Part shown: piece after piece, positions 28,399-41,976 of the stretch
Layout of the letters: every line of letters begins with the position of its first letter
Position numbering within the stretch: the stretch's first letter is position 1
Assembly (NCBI GenBank): GCA_951406725.2
Contig: OX597822.1
Location: 101,370,001 to 101,434,000, forward strand
Direction: 5' to 3'
Origin: Octopus vulgaris
Taxonomy: Eukaryota
DNA length: 64,000 bases
Translations under genes and position numbers: made by a program
The notes under the pieces: model-generated
Told to the model about the DNA's origin: nothing
Databases searched by the model: none
The model's input: only the letters and a program-made list of their open reading frames with translations

Positions 28399-29545
28399 TA
28401 ACGATTAAATAATTAAATTTAGAAAAATTAGAAGAAAAAGTTTTTTTAAAAGAATATTTCTATAGTAGTGTTCAGATTTAAGTGGCATTCTGCCTTTCTC
28501 TGACTCCCTTGTTTGCACTTGTGTGTTCGAGGTAGTTGTGAGTTCTTGGTAGGGTAGTAGAGGGAAGGCTGGTGAGGAAAGGGGGTGGGAGAATCTGGGA
28601 GTGCCCTGATGGTCGTATTTTGAATGGTCAGTGGCGGCTGGCAGTCTCAGTTCAATTCAGGATTGTTTATAGAATTAGCGTAGGCGTTATACTAAAAAAC
28701 ATTAGTGACAAACTTAAGGGGCAGGGGGTGGAGAAGAAGAAGAAGAAGAAGAAGAAGAAGAAGGAGAAGGAGAAGATGATGGCGATGGTGGTGATGACTA
28801 TGACGACGATGATGATGACAACGATGACGATGAAGAAGAAGAAGAAGAAGAAGAAGAAGGAGAAGGAGAAGATGGTGGTGATGATGGTGGTGATGATGAT
28901 GACGCCGATGATGATGATAACGATGATGATGAAGAAGAAGAAGAAGAAAAAAACAGAGAAGGGAGAACACGAGTGGGTGTTCTCCCTTCTCTGTTTTTTT
29001 CTTCTTCTTCTTCATCATCATCGTTATCATCATCATCGGCGTCATCATCATCACCACCATCATCACCACCATCTTCTCCTTCTCCTTCTTCTTCTTCTTC
29101 TTCTTCTTCTTCTTCATCGTCATCGTTGTCATCATCATCGTCGTCATAGTCATCACCACCATCGCCATCATCTTCTCCTTCTCCTTCTTCTTCTTCTTCT
29201 TCTTCTTCTTCTTCTCCACCCCTGCCCCTTAAGTTTGTCACTAATGTTTTTTAGTATAACGCCTACGCTAATTCTATAAACAATCCTGAATTGAACTGAG
29301 ACTGCCAGCCGCCACTGACCATTCAAAATACGACCATCAGGGCACTCCCAGATTCTCCCACCCCCTTTCCTCACCAGCCTTCCCTCTACTACCCTACCAA
29401 GAACTCACAACTACCTCGAACACACAAGTGCAAACAAGGGAGTCAGAGAAAGGCAGAATGCCACTTAAATCTGAACACTACTATAGAAATATTCTTTAAA
29501 AAAACTTTTCTTCTAATTTTTCTAAATTTAATTATTTAATCGTTA

Positions 29546-29583
29546 CAGTTGAAAAGGTCTCAAAATGACCGAAACCGGTACTG
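29546..29583 (+). ncRNA. Minimal type I hammerhead, U3-A8 core variant (right arm)
   Basis: CAG TTGAAAA GGTC TCAAAAT GACC GAAA CCGG TA CTG; GUA cleavage triplet. Confidence 0.75.
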
Positions 29584-29669
29584 AAATGTTCACTATAAAA
29601 TTATTTTAGCATTTTCTATTTTTTACTTGTTTTTTCATATATATCAACTCGTGTGTTCCTTTTCACCCT

Positions 29670-29725
<56 letters not shown>

Positions 29726-29870
29726 ATATATATACATATATATATATGTATATACATATATATATATATGTATATATATATACATATATATATATGTATA
29801 TCTCTATATATCTATATATATACATATATATATATGTATATCTATATATATATACATATATATATATATA

Positions 29871-29906
<36 letters not shown>

Positions 29907-30041
29907 TATATATATATATATATGCGCATAGCAGAAAATCGTTAATACTTAGGAATCAGAAGTGGGGGAGAAAAAGATAAAAGATGACAACAATAACAAA
30001 GAATTTGAGTGTAAAATAAAAAAAAAAATTCGTTTACTTAC

Positions 30042-30131
30042 CGACGCTTTTTTATCGGGTGATTCATGTTGAGGTGTTGACAGGACAAAGCTGCTTCCAA
30101 GGAAGACAGCGAGAAATTGCCAAAGCCTCAT
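30042..30131 (-). CDS. Probable first coding exon of a secreted or membrane protein (signal peptide)
   Basis: MRLWQFLAVFLGSSFVLSTPQHESPDKKAS followed by a phase-0 donor TCG|GTAAGT; upstream acceptor ctactttgcag| gives exon 30042-30177; unique non-repeat sequence. Confidence 0.6.
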
Positions 30132-30274
30132 TCTTCTTGGTTAGACTCCAATTAAACCGCGGCGATTTCTTTATGTTCTGCAAAGTAGTTTTATGAATTT
30201 TCTTTTACTTCACTTTATAAACATATAATTCTTGTTATACGTTGATAAATGCATATACACAATAGCATATATAT

Positions 30275-30416
30275 ATATATGTATGTGTGTGTGTGTGTCT
30301 GATGTATAAAACTCTCAAATTACATACATATATATATATGTATATATATATATATTATATATTATATATATATGTGTGTGTGTGTGTCTGATGTATAAAA
30401 CTCTCAAATTACATAC

Positions 30417-30447
<31 letters not shown>

Positions 30448-30560
30448 ATATATTATATATATATGTGTGTGTGTGTGTCTGATGTATAAAACTCTCAAAT
30501 TACATACATATATATATATGTATATATATATATTATTATATATTATATATATATATATGT
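30275..30560. repeat. Tandem repeat, 3 x about 90 bp, containing GTCTGATGTATAAAACTCTCAAATTACATAC
   Basis: Direct inspection. Confidence 0.9.
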
Positions 30561-30654
30561 GTGTATGTGTGTGATGCGTGTGTGTGATGCGTGTGTGTTT
30601 ATGTGTATGCGTGTGTGTGTGAATAAAATAGAACTGAAATGCAATTGAAATTAC

Positions 30655-30772
30655 TTAGTTCACACCGTTGTCCCACTTGAACGCATCGAGTGTTGTACAC
30701 AAGTTCATTTGTCTCTACTTCTCAAAGTTTACATCTCTATTTATAACTAAGCCAGCGTTTCGCGAATCAAAC
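30655..30772 (-). other. Candidate 5' UTR exon of the same minus-strand gene
   Basis: Acceptor tatttcag| and donor |gtaatt bracket unique sequence. Confidence 0.35.
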
Positions 30773-31153
30773 CTGAAATAGTGTGGGCAATGGAACCATC
30801 CTCCCCCGCTTTGGAACTCCCGAGGATCACTCTTTACTCGTTCATTCTTTTTTTTCTCTTTCTCCTCTTTCTTTACAAGTCTCTTTCATTCACCACCACC
30901 ACCACCACCACCACCACCGCCACCACCTATACATCTCTCTTACAAATACACACACACACACACACACATATACACTCATACAATCTCTCTATCTCTTGCA
31001 GTCAGCTTTCAGCTTTCGCTTTCTCTTTTCCTTCTCCTCTTCCTCCTCTTCCATATCCGTCTCTTTCTCACTCCAACTCCTACTCCCACTTCCACTCTCA
31101 CCTGCTTCCTCCTTCATTTTTTTCTTCGTTCGATTTGCAATCCACTTTTCCCG

Positions 31154-31187
<34 letters not shown>

Positions 31188-31663
31188 CAATCTCACCGCC
31201 TTTTCCACCCCACCCCTCCCCGTCTACCTACTACCTATCGTGCCTCTACTAAACTCTATTAGTCCCTCCCTTCTCTCTTTAATTTCTTATTAATCTCCAT
31301 AACCCTTCACTCACCTGTGTGCTATCTCCTCATTCTATCTAATCTGGGATTCCCTCCTCTCACCTCACCCGATCTCTCATTTCCTCTCTCTTTCGCTTAC
31401 TCACTCTCACTACCTCTCACGCTCACCATGCCGTCACTCCGCCTCTCTCTTTGTCGAACACTCTTATTGTAAACAACGTGTGTGTTTCTCTGCTTGTTCT
31501 TCCACCTATTGATAATCAATGTCTGTCTTACGTACACTAGATACACCCTCCTTCATTTTCTTTTCTGCTCAGTCTTTCCACTTCACTAAACCACCTTCTT
31601 CACCGTCTCCTCCTACATCCAGACTTACCTATATATGATAATCAGAAATGCAAATTCACACAG

Positions 31664-31695
31664 GATTATTATTATTATTATCATCATCATCATCA

Positions 31696-31744
<49 letters not shown>

Positions 31745-31837
31745 CATATCATATTATTATTATCATCATCATCATCATCATCATCATCATTATTATTATT
31801 ATTATTATTATCATTATTATTATCATCATCATCATCA

Positions 31838-31892
<55 letters not shown>

Positions 31893-31954
31893 CATCATCA
31901 TTATTATTGTTGTTGTTGTTGTTGATGATGATGATGTTATTGTTTTTGTTGTTG

Positions 31955-31999
<45 letters not shown>

Positions 32000-32059
32000 T
32001 TATTATTATCGTTGTTGTTGTTGTTGTTGTTGATTATGATGATGTTATTGTTTTTGTTG

Positions 32060-32093
<34 letters not shown>

Positions 32094-32152
32094 CATTATT
32101 ATTGTTGTTGTAATTGCTGTTGATGATGATGATGTTATTGTTTTTGTTGTTG

Positions 32153-32244
<92 letters not shown>

Positions 32245-32329
32245 GTTGTTGTTATTATTATTATTACTAAATTCTTAAAACCTATTCATCTTACATATTA
32301 TGAAATATAGCTGAATAATAATAATAATG

Positions 32330-32397
<68 letters not shown>

Positions 32398-32398
32398 C
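31664..32398. repeat. Compound (ATT/ATC/GTT)n and (AAT)n trinucleotide tract
   Basis: Direct inspection. Confidence 0.95.
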
Positions 32399-32597
32399 TT
32401 ACTACATAAATGTATACTTATAAATGATTCTGTCCGTCAATGTGTGTTTGTGTACGTGTGTTGGTGGTGTTGGTGTATGTCTATACACGCACTCACACAC
32501 TCTCTCTCACACACACACACATATGTTTGTAAGTATGTATGTATGAATATGTACTCACGCCTATGTTTGCGTGTCTATGAATACGTTAAAAGGTATG

Positions 32598-32652
<55 letters not shown>

Positions 32653-32894
32653 CATATACATACATACATGTTTATATATATATATACCTGCATATATGCG
32701 TACATATATACATACACAAATACATACATGTGGGTTTGTATGCATGTATTTACGTATGTACACATGGCTTTGCTAAGATATATAGATGTATAGATGTATA
32801 ATTGCACAAAAAGATTACTATTAGACATATTTGCACGCATAAAAATACACACGTGTACACACATAAACGCCCCCACACACACACACACTCACAC

Positions 32895-33593
32895 ATTCAT
32901 ACATACATACATACATACATACATACATACATACAAACATACATACATACATACAAACATACATACATACATACATACACACATACATACATACATACAT
33001 ACATACATACATACATACATACATACATACATACATACATACATACATACATACATACATACATACATACATACATACATACATACATACATACATACAT
33101 TCATACATACATACATACATACATACATACAAACATACATACATACATACATACATACATACATACATACATACATACATACATACAAACATACATACAT
33201 ACGTACAAACAAACATACATACATACATACAAACATACATACATACATACAAACATACATACATACATACATACATGCATACATACATACATACTTACAT
33301 ACATACATACATACAAACATACATACATACATACAAACATACATACATACATACATATATACATACAAACATACAAACATACATACATACATACAAACAT
33401 ACATACATACATACATACATACATACAAACATACATACATACATACAAACATACATACATACATACAAACAAACATACATACATACATACAAACATACAT
33501 ACATACATACAAACATACATACATACATACATACATACATACATACATACATACATACATACATACATACATACATACATACATACATACATA
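32895..33593. repeat. About 700-bp (TACA)n tract with AACA variants
   Basis: Direct inspection. Confidence 0.95.
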
Positions 33594-34305
33594 GTCACAA
33601 TCAGAAACATACATAATATATTCTTTTCATATTTTTTATACACGCTGGTTCCTAAACTTAACACAAGTCCACATACAGTGACAAAAGACGTAGTCGCTCA
33701 GTCCGACCCCCGTACATGACTGGTATTTATTTTATCGCATCTATAAGCATGATAGGCAAAAATCGACTCCAGCAGCATGTAACAGCAAAGATTTTTCTAC
33801 ATATAATAACAATGCTTTGAATTGTTATTCCTTAGTCGACTGTTTACACGTTCGGTTTTGTTTAAAGGTATTGTGAGTGGGAAAAGTACACAACCTGGCA
33901 TAAATCTTATGCGTTATGTATATTGTGGTATAGAAATCTGCATTTTATATACATTCGTATGTGACTTTTTAACCTCGAAGTTGTAGTGTGCGCGCCCGCG
34001 TGTGTATCTCTGTGTGTGCTTACGCGCGTATATACGTTTTATTAGAATTAATTTATACGCATAAAACATGTAATAGTATGTTATATATATATTATACATA
34101 ACAACAAATATATATTATATGCATGGTATATATCACATAGTATAAATGTATGTAAGTATGTATATGTGTATGTATGTAATTATCTATTTATCTATCTACC
34201 TGTTAGTCTCTGTCTGTCTGTCTGACTGTCTGTCTTTCTAGCTATCTCTTTCTCTCTCATTTTCTCTCTCTCTCTCTCTCTTTCTATATATATATATATA
34301 TACAC

Positions 34306-34366
<61 letters not shown>

Positions 34367-34422
34367 ATATATATATATATATATATATATCCACACATAT
34401 ATGTATATATATATATAAGTGC

Positions 34423-34512
<90 letters not shown>

Positions 34513-34515
<3 letters not shown>

Positions 34516-34930
34516 AGTGGCTGGGTGGTAAGTAGCTTGCTAACCATCCACATGGTTCCGGGTTCAGTCTCACTGCGTGGCACCTTGGGCAAGTGTCTTC
34601 TGCTATAGCCCCGGGCCGACCAATGCCTTGTGAATGGATTTTGTGGACGGAAACTGAAAGAAGCCTGTCGTATATATGTATATATATATATATATGTGTG
34701 TGTGTGTTTGTGTTTGTGTGTCTGTGTTTGTCTCCTTAGCATTGCTTGACAATCGATGCTGGTGTGTTTACGTCCCCGTCACTTAGCGGTTCGGCAAAAT
34801 AGACCGATAGAATAAGTACTGGGCTTACAAAGAATAAGTCCCGGGGTCGATTTCCTCGACTAAAGGCGGTGCTCCGGCATGGCCGCAGTCAAATGACTGA
34901 AACAAGTAAAAGAGTAAAAGAGTAAAGAGT
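34513..34930 (+). mobile_element. SINE family B, full length
   Basis: Complete copy following (TA)n. Confidence 0.92.
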
Positions 34931-34998
34931 ATATATATTTATTTATTTATATGCTTATGTATGTATATTCAAATATACACACATGCGAACACACACAC

Positions 34999-35039
<41 letters not shown>

Positions 35040-35375
35040 AATGTGTGTGTGTGTGCGTGTGTGTATGAATGTATATATATATATGTGTGTGTGATTGTAT
35101 GTGTGTATATGTATATATGTATATATATACACGCACAGACACATATATATGTATTTGTATGTATGTATATATATATGTAAGTGCAGTTGTGTTTGTGTTT
35201 GTCACACACCACCGCACCACAACCGGGCTTGGCCTGTTTACGTTTTCGTAACTTGGCGGATCGGCAGATGATAACGATTAAATAAGTACCATCCTCTTTT
35301 TAAAAAAATATTTGTACGGGAGTCGATTGATTTTGATCGCCGCAGTCCAATGAATAAAATACTCCCAAATATATA

Positions 35376-35406
<31 letters not shown>

Positions 35407-35539
35407 ATTCGTTTTGCAAGATTCTTGATGTGAAATCGTGTGTTGAAACATATATCACTGTGTTTCGGGAAGTTGATTATATTTATTTATTATTTTTTTT
35501 GCCAAATAAACACACGCACTGTATAAATATTATTTATTC

Positions 35540-35740
35540 AATCGTTTATTACTCTTCTTATTTATTTTATGTCCATTGTCCGAAAATCTTTCGTCGCAGA
35601 TCTCTTAGAGAATGAAGTAAGTGAAGCAAGAACACGCACGGAAACGAAAAGAGTCGCTGAAGAGGTCACAGATGTGTAAAGAAAGATTTCCGGACAATGG
35701 ACATAAAATAAATAAGAACAATAATAAACAAGTGTGTTTA
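35540..35740. mobile_element. Foldback element with degenerate hammerhead (related to 54794-54838)
   Basis: 35545-35600 is inverted to 35680-35735; GTCG CTGAAGA GGTCACAGATGTGTAAA GAAAG ATTTC CGGAC. Confidence 0.6.
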
Positions 35741-35837
35741 ATTGGCAAGAAAATAAAATTACCATCCCGAATGCAACAATATATATATATATATATATAT
35801 ATACATACATACATACATACATACATACATACATACA

Positions 35838-35870
<33 letters not shown>

Positions 35871-35917
35871 CTACGTAAGAAGCTTGCTTCCCAACCACAT
35901 TCCGGGCTATATGTATA

Positions 35918-35959
<42 letters not shown>

Positions 35960-36404
35960 TTTGTGTATGTGTATCTGTGTTTATCCCCTCGCCATCACTT
36001 GACAACTGACGCTGGTGTGATTATGTCTCCGTAACAATAGCGGTTCGGCAAAAGTGACACCGATAGAATAAGTATTAGGCTTACAAAGAATAAGTCCTGG
36101 GTTCGATTTCATTGACTAAAACCGTTTAAGTCAGCTGCCTGAAATAAGCAAAGGAATGAAAAAAATATGAATGTAACAGTTAAAGAATATGCATGCATGT
36201 ATGTGTGTGTATATATATTTTGACCCATTCGGTCATGAATGACCATTGGATTGTACCTAGAAAGTTACCCTCCGAGGTAAGGTTCTTTGTGGAAGACCTG
36301 CAGCAGCCCTTGCATACTGGCCTCCCCTCTCCACGTCACCATTGTTATCCAAGGGAAAGACAAAGGCAGATACAGCTTGGCACCAGTAACGTCACAGCTC
36401 ATAT

Positions 36405-36677
36405 ATTAACGTGCAAGTGGCTGAGCACTCCACAGATACGAGTACCCTTAACTTAGTTCTCGGAGAGATTCAGCGTGAAATACAGGTACAACAGAAACAA
36501 GAGTGAAAGTTGTGGTGAAAGAGTACAGCAGGGTTCACCACCATCCCCTGTCGGAACCTCGTGAAGCTTTAGGTCTTTTGTCTCAATAAACACTCACAAT
36601 GCCCGGTCTGGGAATCGAAACCGCGATCCTGCGACCGCGAGTCCGCTGCCCTAACCAATGGGCCATTGCGCCTCCAC
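36405..36677 (-). mobile_element. SINE family C, 3'-truncated and abutting a family E fragment
   Basis: Reverse-complement match to the C head and body. Confidence 0.85.
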
Positions 36678-36687
36678 ACTGTGTGTG

Positions 36688-36722
<35 letters not shown>

Positions 36723-37042
36723 GTGTATGCGTGTGTGTGTGTGCGTGTGTGCGTGTGTGTATACGCGAGCGTGTGTGTATCAAATTTTGAATAAAAACTA
36801 TTTAGTGTAGATAAGAAAACAGTCCATTCTTAAGGTGGGGTGTTAAAAATATAGTATTTAGTTATCGTATTTGCCGGTCTATAAGACAGTCTCTCGCAGT
36901 CTCACTTAGACAAATCTCTGAATTTTTATGAAAGACAAGCATATCTTAGAAGAAAAAAAAACAAATTTAATATATGTTAATAGTTTATATTGGTTAATCA
37001 TGCACTTGTAGATATACTCGGTTTTCCATCTGTAATATCTGC

Positions 37043-37260
37043 TTCTTTATTACCCACAAGGGGCTAAACATAGAGGGGACAAACAAGGACAGACACAGGG
37101 ACTAAATTGATTACATCTACTCCAGTGCGTAACTGGCACTTTATCTATCGACCCCGAAAGGATGAAAGGCAAAGTCGACCTCGGCGGAATTTGAACTCAG
37201 AACGTAACGATAGACGCAATACCGCTAAGCATTTCGCTCGGGGTGCTAACGTTTCTGCCA
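37043..37260 (-). mobile_element. SINE family A
   Basis: Reverse-complement match. Confidence 0.88.
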
Positions 37261-37422
37261 TCGTCGCATTAGACCTGGTTCAATATTTTTCCTGCAATTA
37301 AGAATAAAATATCGCGTCCTACACGCCGGAATATGCGATATTAATGTCATAGCAAAGTTCTGATTTTGTAACTCTTAGTTTCTTTATTGTGAAACAAGCC
37401 TGAACGATATATGTATGTATGT

Positions 37423-37656
37423 AAGGCGGCGAGCTGGTAGAAACGTTAGCACGCCGGGAGAAATACTTCGTCTGTATTTCGTCTGTTTTTACGTTCCGAG
37501 TTCAAATTCTGCAGAGGTTGACTTTGCCTTTCATCCTTTTGGGGTCGATTAAATAAGTACCATTTACGAACTGGGGTCGATGTAATCGACTTAATCCGTT
37601 TGTCTGCCCTTGTTTGTCCCCTCTGTGTTTAGCCCCTTGTGAGTAGTAAAGAAATA
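37423..37656 (+). mobile_element. SINE family A, full length
   Basis: Probable TSD GATATATGTATGT at 37406-37418 and 37657-37669. Confidence 0.9.
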
Positions 37657-37983
37657 GATATATGTATGTGTGTGTGTGTGTGCGTGTGTGTGTATGTGAT
37701 GGACCCTCCCGTCGAGGACAATGTATGAGCGCTTAGCCTCTTGCAGATCGATGTGCACATATGGTTTGTTTGTAGTTGTACCGCACATTAGTTCATGCTC
37801 CCTATGAAAGCGACATTGTCTGAACAGGTGCACGTTGCACCACGCGTCAAGTGTTGAAGTGATTGCAGAACAACGCGAGATCATGCGTTTTGTTCAGAAA
37901 TACAACGCACCGCCTAGTCTAGGAATTGAAATCACGGTCGCTAGATCGTGAGCGCAACACGTTAACCGCTAAACCATGTGCAC

Positions 37984-38035
<52 letters not shown>

Positions 38036-38435
38036 ATATATATAGATAAAGATATATATATATATACCTAGATAGATATAGATACAGACACAAACACACA
38101 TGCACACACACATATATCACGCATCACACAAACACACGCGCACACACACTTACATGCACACATGTATGTGACGGTGTGCATGCGTGTATAATGTGTACGT
38201 GTGTCCCATTCGATTGCAGTTCTAACTCTTTGGAGAATTGTGTGTGTCTGTGCGTCTGTGTGCCACTTGAAATTTACAGTGTAGAAAAATAATTAATGTT
38301 TATAATGCGTAACTATGGCGTATATCTGCGTGTAAGTGTGTGTGTATTATACACACACACACACACACATATATATATGTATATATATATATACACATAC
38401 ATACATGTATACATATATATATAGACATATGTACT

Positions 38436-38550
<115 letters not shown>

Positions 38551-38845
38551 TTATGCTCATACACACACATACACATACATTTATGAATATTTGTATTCAC
38601 AATTTCATCAACATGACTTAAAATTTCGCAGGCCCATAGGACATGCTCGTCTCATGAGATGTAAAGTGTAGACAAAATGGATGCGTTCAACCCACGAAAC
38701 TTTATTTAAAACAATTCTATAAAAATATATCCAACTTTTCTACTGAACATACTGATACTATACTTTCTTTTATTTGTTCACTCTGTCGTATAATATATGT
38801 GTGCATATATACATGCACGTATATATATATATATAAATATATATA

Positions 38846-38999
38846 GGCGTACGAGTGGCCATGTCGTAAGAAGCTTCCTTACCAACTACATAATTTCGGG
38901 TTCAGTCCCACTGCGTGACACATCGGGCAAGTATCTTCTACTATACCTTCGGGCCGACCAAAGGCTTGTGAGTGGATTTGGTAGACAGAAACTGAAAGA

Positions 39000-39071
<72 letters not shown>

Positions 39072-39315
39072 ATGTGTGTGCGTTCGTGTATGTATGTATG
39101 TATGTGTGTGTATATGCTTGAGTGGCTTTGTTTGTCCCCCCAGCATCGCTTGACAACTGATGGTGGTGTGTTTACGTCCCCGAAACTTTGCGGTTCGGCA
39201 AAAGAAACCGATAGGATAAGTACTAGGCTTACAAAGAATACGTTCTGTGGTCGATTTGCTCGAGTAAAAGCGGTGCTGCAGCATAGCCGCAGTCAAATGA
39301 CTGAAACAAATGAAT
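38846..39315 (+). mobile_element. SINE family B
   Basis: Head, expanded internal microsatellite and tail. Confidence 0.88.
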
Positions 39316-39330
39316 GAATATATATATATA

Positions 39331-39418
<88 letters not shown>

Positions 39419-39502
39419 GTATGTATGTATGTATGTATGTATATGTATATATATTTATATATATTTAAAAAAAGGAGATGTCGAACACGAGTGGTGATAT
39501 AT

Positions 39503-39702
39503 AAAAAAGGAAATGAAGAAAATGCTGACAAATAATTGAAGTAATTTAAGTAATTTAATTAGGTGAAAGTTCTTTTTACCGGTTGCGCATTTGTTATGCT
39601 TATCAAAGCATAACAAATGCGCAACCGGTAAAAAGAACTTTCACCTAATTAAATTACTTAAATTACTTCAATTATTTGTCAGCATTTTCTTCATTTCCTT
39701 TT

Positions 39703-39704
<2 letters not shown>
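39503..39704. repeat. Perfect palindrome with about 100-bp arms (loop ATCA at 39602-39605) between (TA)n tracts
   Basis: Direct reverse-complement match; centred on a hammerhead-like core remnant. Confidence 0.92.
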
Positions 39705-39733
<29 letters not shown>

Positions 39734-39779
39734 AATGCATATATATATATATACATATACATATACATACACATATGGC

Positions 39780-41440
39780 GCCTTTCCAAACTGTGAGCAC
39801 ACTTTTGACCTCCTGATAACTTTAATTCTCTTTCCTTACCTTGTTAAAAATCATGAAGATTGTGAGACTAGGCTTTGAGCGAAAAGAATTCATCCTAGAA
39901 ATGCATTTGGTACTGTGCAAACGATGTCGAAGTGCGAAAAATCTTTAGGAAGGTGTATCAAACAAGTTCACTTTTCTGAATTACTCTCGAATTCGATAAG
40001 ATTGAAGCAAACGAAACTCTGCAAATTGTCTACGTGAAGCGTTCCGGCAGACTGCGGACGCCGACCAATTTCATAAAGCATGAAATGGTACTAGAAATGT
40101 ATTAGCAGAGTTGAAGAAATTCTGCCCGGCAAGCGAGTCATGAGATACTAATTTTAAAGTCATGCGTCAGTCGCATTTTGAAAGGTGTCATTCGGAATGT
40201 CACATTTGAAGAATAATCTAGATTCACAATGAAAATAACTGAGAAAGAAGAAGAGTGGACGTCCGCAATTGGTACTTGTCAAAAAAAAAACAAAAAAAAA
40301 TGTCGGGCTGGGGGGAGCAGAAATACACCCTTTCCATCGAGGAGTGCTTGTAAGAAAGAGGCTAGTTTTAAATTATATATCTCAATTAACCACCATAATT
40401 ACACTTACTGGGGACGCGTGAATCCGCATATTTAGTTCTTTATTGCCCAGAAGGGGCTAAACATAGAGGGGACAAACAAGGACAGACAAAGAGACTAGAT
40501 CGATTGCATCGACTCCAGTGCGTAACTGGTGCTTATTTTATCGACCCTGAAAGGATGAAAGGCAAAGTCGACCTCGTCGGAATTTGAACTCAGAACGTAG
40601 CGGCAGACGAAATACCTATTTCTTTACTACCCGCAAGGGGCTAAACACAGAGGGAACAAAAAAGGACATACAAACGGATTAAGTTAATTACATCGACCCC
40701 AGTGCGTAACTGGTACTTAATTTATCGACCCCGAAAGGATGAAAGGCAAAGTCGACCTCGGCGGAATTTGAACTTAGAACGTAGCGGCAGACGAAATCCC
40801 GCTAACCATTTCGCCCGGTGTGCTAACGTTCTGCCAGCTCGCCGCCTTCGTGAAATCGCATATTACGGAAGAACATCACGTTGATTTACTAAGAGCTATT
40901 GTATGGTGGGGTTCATCGTCGAAAGATTAATTGGGTCACTCTTTTTAACGGTACTGCAAGTGGTCCCATTGATTTGACTATGCTGCGGCATTTTGTCATG
41001 CAAATTATTTCAGGAGGTGGTGTTATATTTCTAAGATAAGGCACCTCTATACTACCACATAATCTAAGGGTTTACCTTGAGGAGATTACGCCGAACAGTT
41101 AGATTGGACGAAATGGTCACATAGAATACGCTCGCATTCACTGGATATCACTCCGATAGTCACAAAACTTTTTTGTATGTGTTTACTTAAAAGATACGTC
41201 TTAAAGTACGGAACCGGCAGCAGTCGAAAAGTTGATAGCAGCTATGGAATGAGAATACTTTAAAATAACAATATATTTCTTGATGCTTGTGATTCCATTA
41301 CTACACGTGTCAACAATTCCTGGGCCAGAATGCTCATCAATTTGAACATAGGTATTTGAATGAAAATCAAAGCTTGTATATTGAGTCTATTAAATTTTGA
41401 AATGAAATATACTTAAACATTGAGTATATAATCATTCAAT
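39780..41440 (+). pseudogene. Decayed Tc1/mariner-superfamily transposon (DUF4817/maT-like), interrupted by SINEs
   Basis: Fragments RIRDKIEANETLQIVYVKRSGRLRT, VWWG and IGRNGHIEYA, plus a GYLKD-like motif; frameshifted. Confidence 0.6.
40415..40848 (-). mobile_element. Two tandem or nested SINE family A copies
   Basis: A full copy at 40617-40848 joins a second copy at GGTATTTCGTCTGCC. Confidence 0.9.
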
Positions 41441-41503
41441 GTGCGTACGTTTTTCGCAAACAGGTATTTATGTATGCATGTATGTACGTTTGAAAGTATG
41501 TAT

Positions 41504-41922
41504 GCAGGAGTGGCTGTGTGGTAAGAAGATTGCTTCCCAACCACATGGTTCCGGATTCAGTCCCACTGCATGGCACCTTGGTCAAGTGTTTCTACTATAG
41601 CCTGGGACCGACCAAAGCCTTGCGAGTGGATTTGGTAGACGGAAACAGAAAGAAGCCCGTCGAAAAAAAAATATATATGTGTAATGTGTGTGTATGTTTG
41701 TATGTATTTGTGTGTCTGTGGTTGTTCCCAACATCGCTTGACAACCGATGCTGGTGTGTTTACGTCCTTGCAACTTGGCCGTTCGGCAAATGATACCTAT
41801 AGAATAAGTACTAGGCTTACAATGAATAAGTCCTGGGGTTGATTTTGTCCGACTAAAGACGGTGCTCCTGTATGGCCACATTCAAATGATTGAAACAAAT
41901 AAAGGAATAAAAGAATAAAAGA
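41504..41922 (+). mobile_element. SINE family B
   Basis: Head and tail match. Confidence 0.88.
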
Positions 41923-41935
41923 ATACATACATAGA

Positions 41936-41975
<40 letters not shown>

Positions 41976-41976
<1 letters not shown>

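Larger units (their letters stand above)
28300..29644. mobile_element. About 1.35-kb near-perfect palindrome (about 670-bp arms, 6-nt loop GAGTGG at 28971-28976); PLE-like foldback element in (TA)n
   Basis: Arms are reverse complements apart from homopolymer and microsatellite length differences; each arm carries a hammerhead near its outer end. Confidence 0.9.

Noticed and set aside
28572-29374. Mirror-image ORFs with poly-K/E/H/L runs
   Set aside because: They are a by-product of the palindrome and trinucleotide repeats
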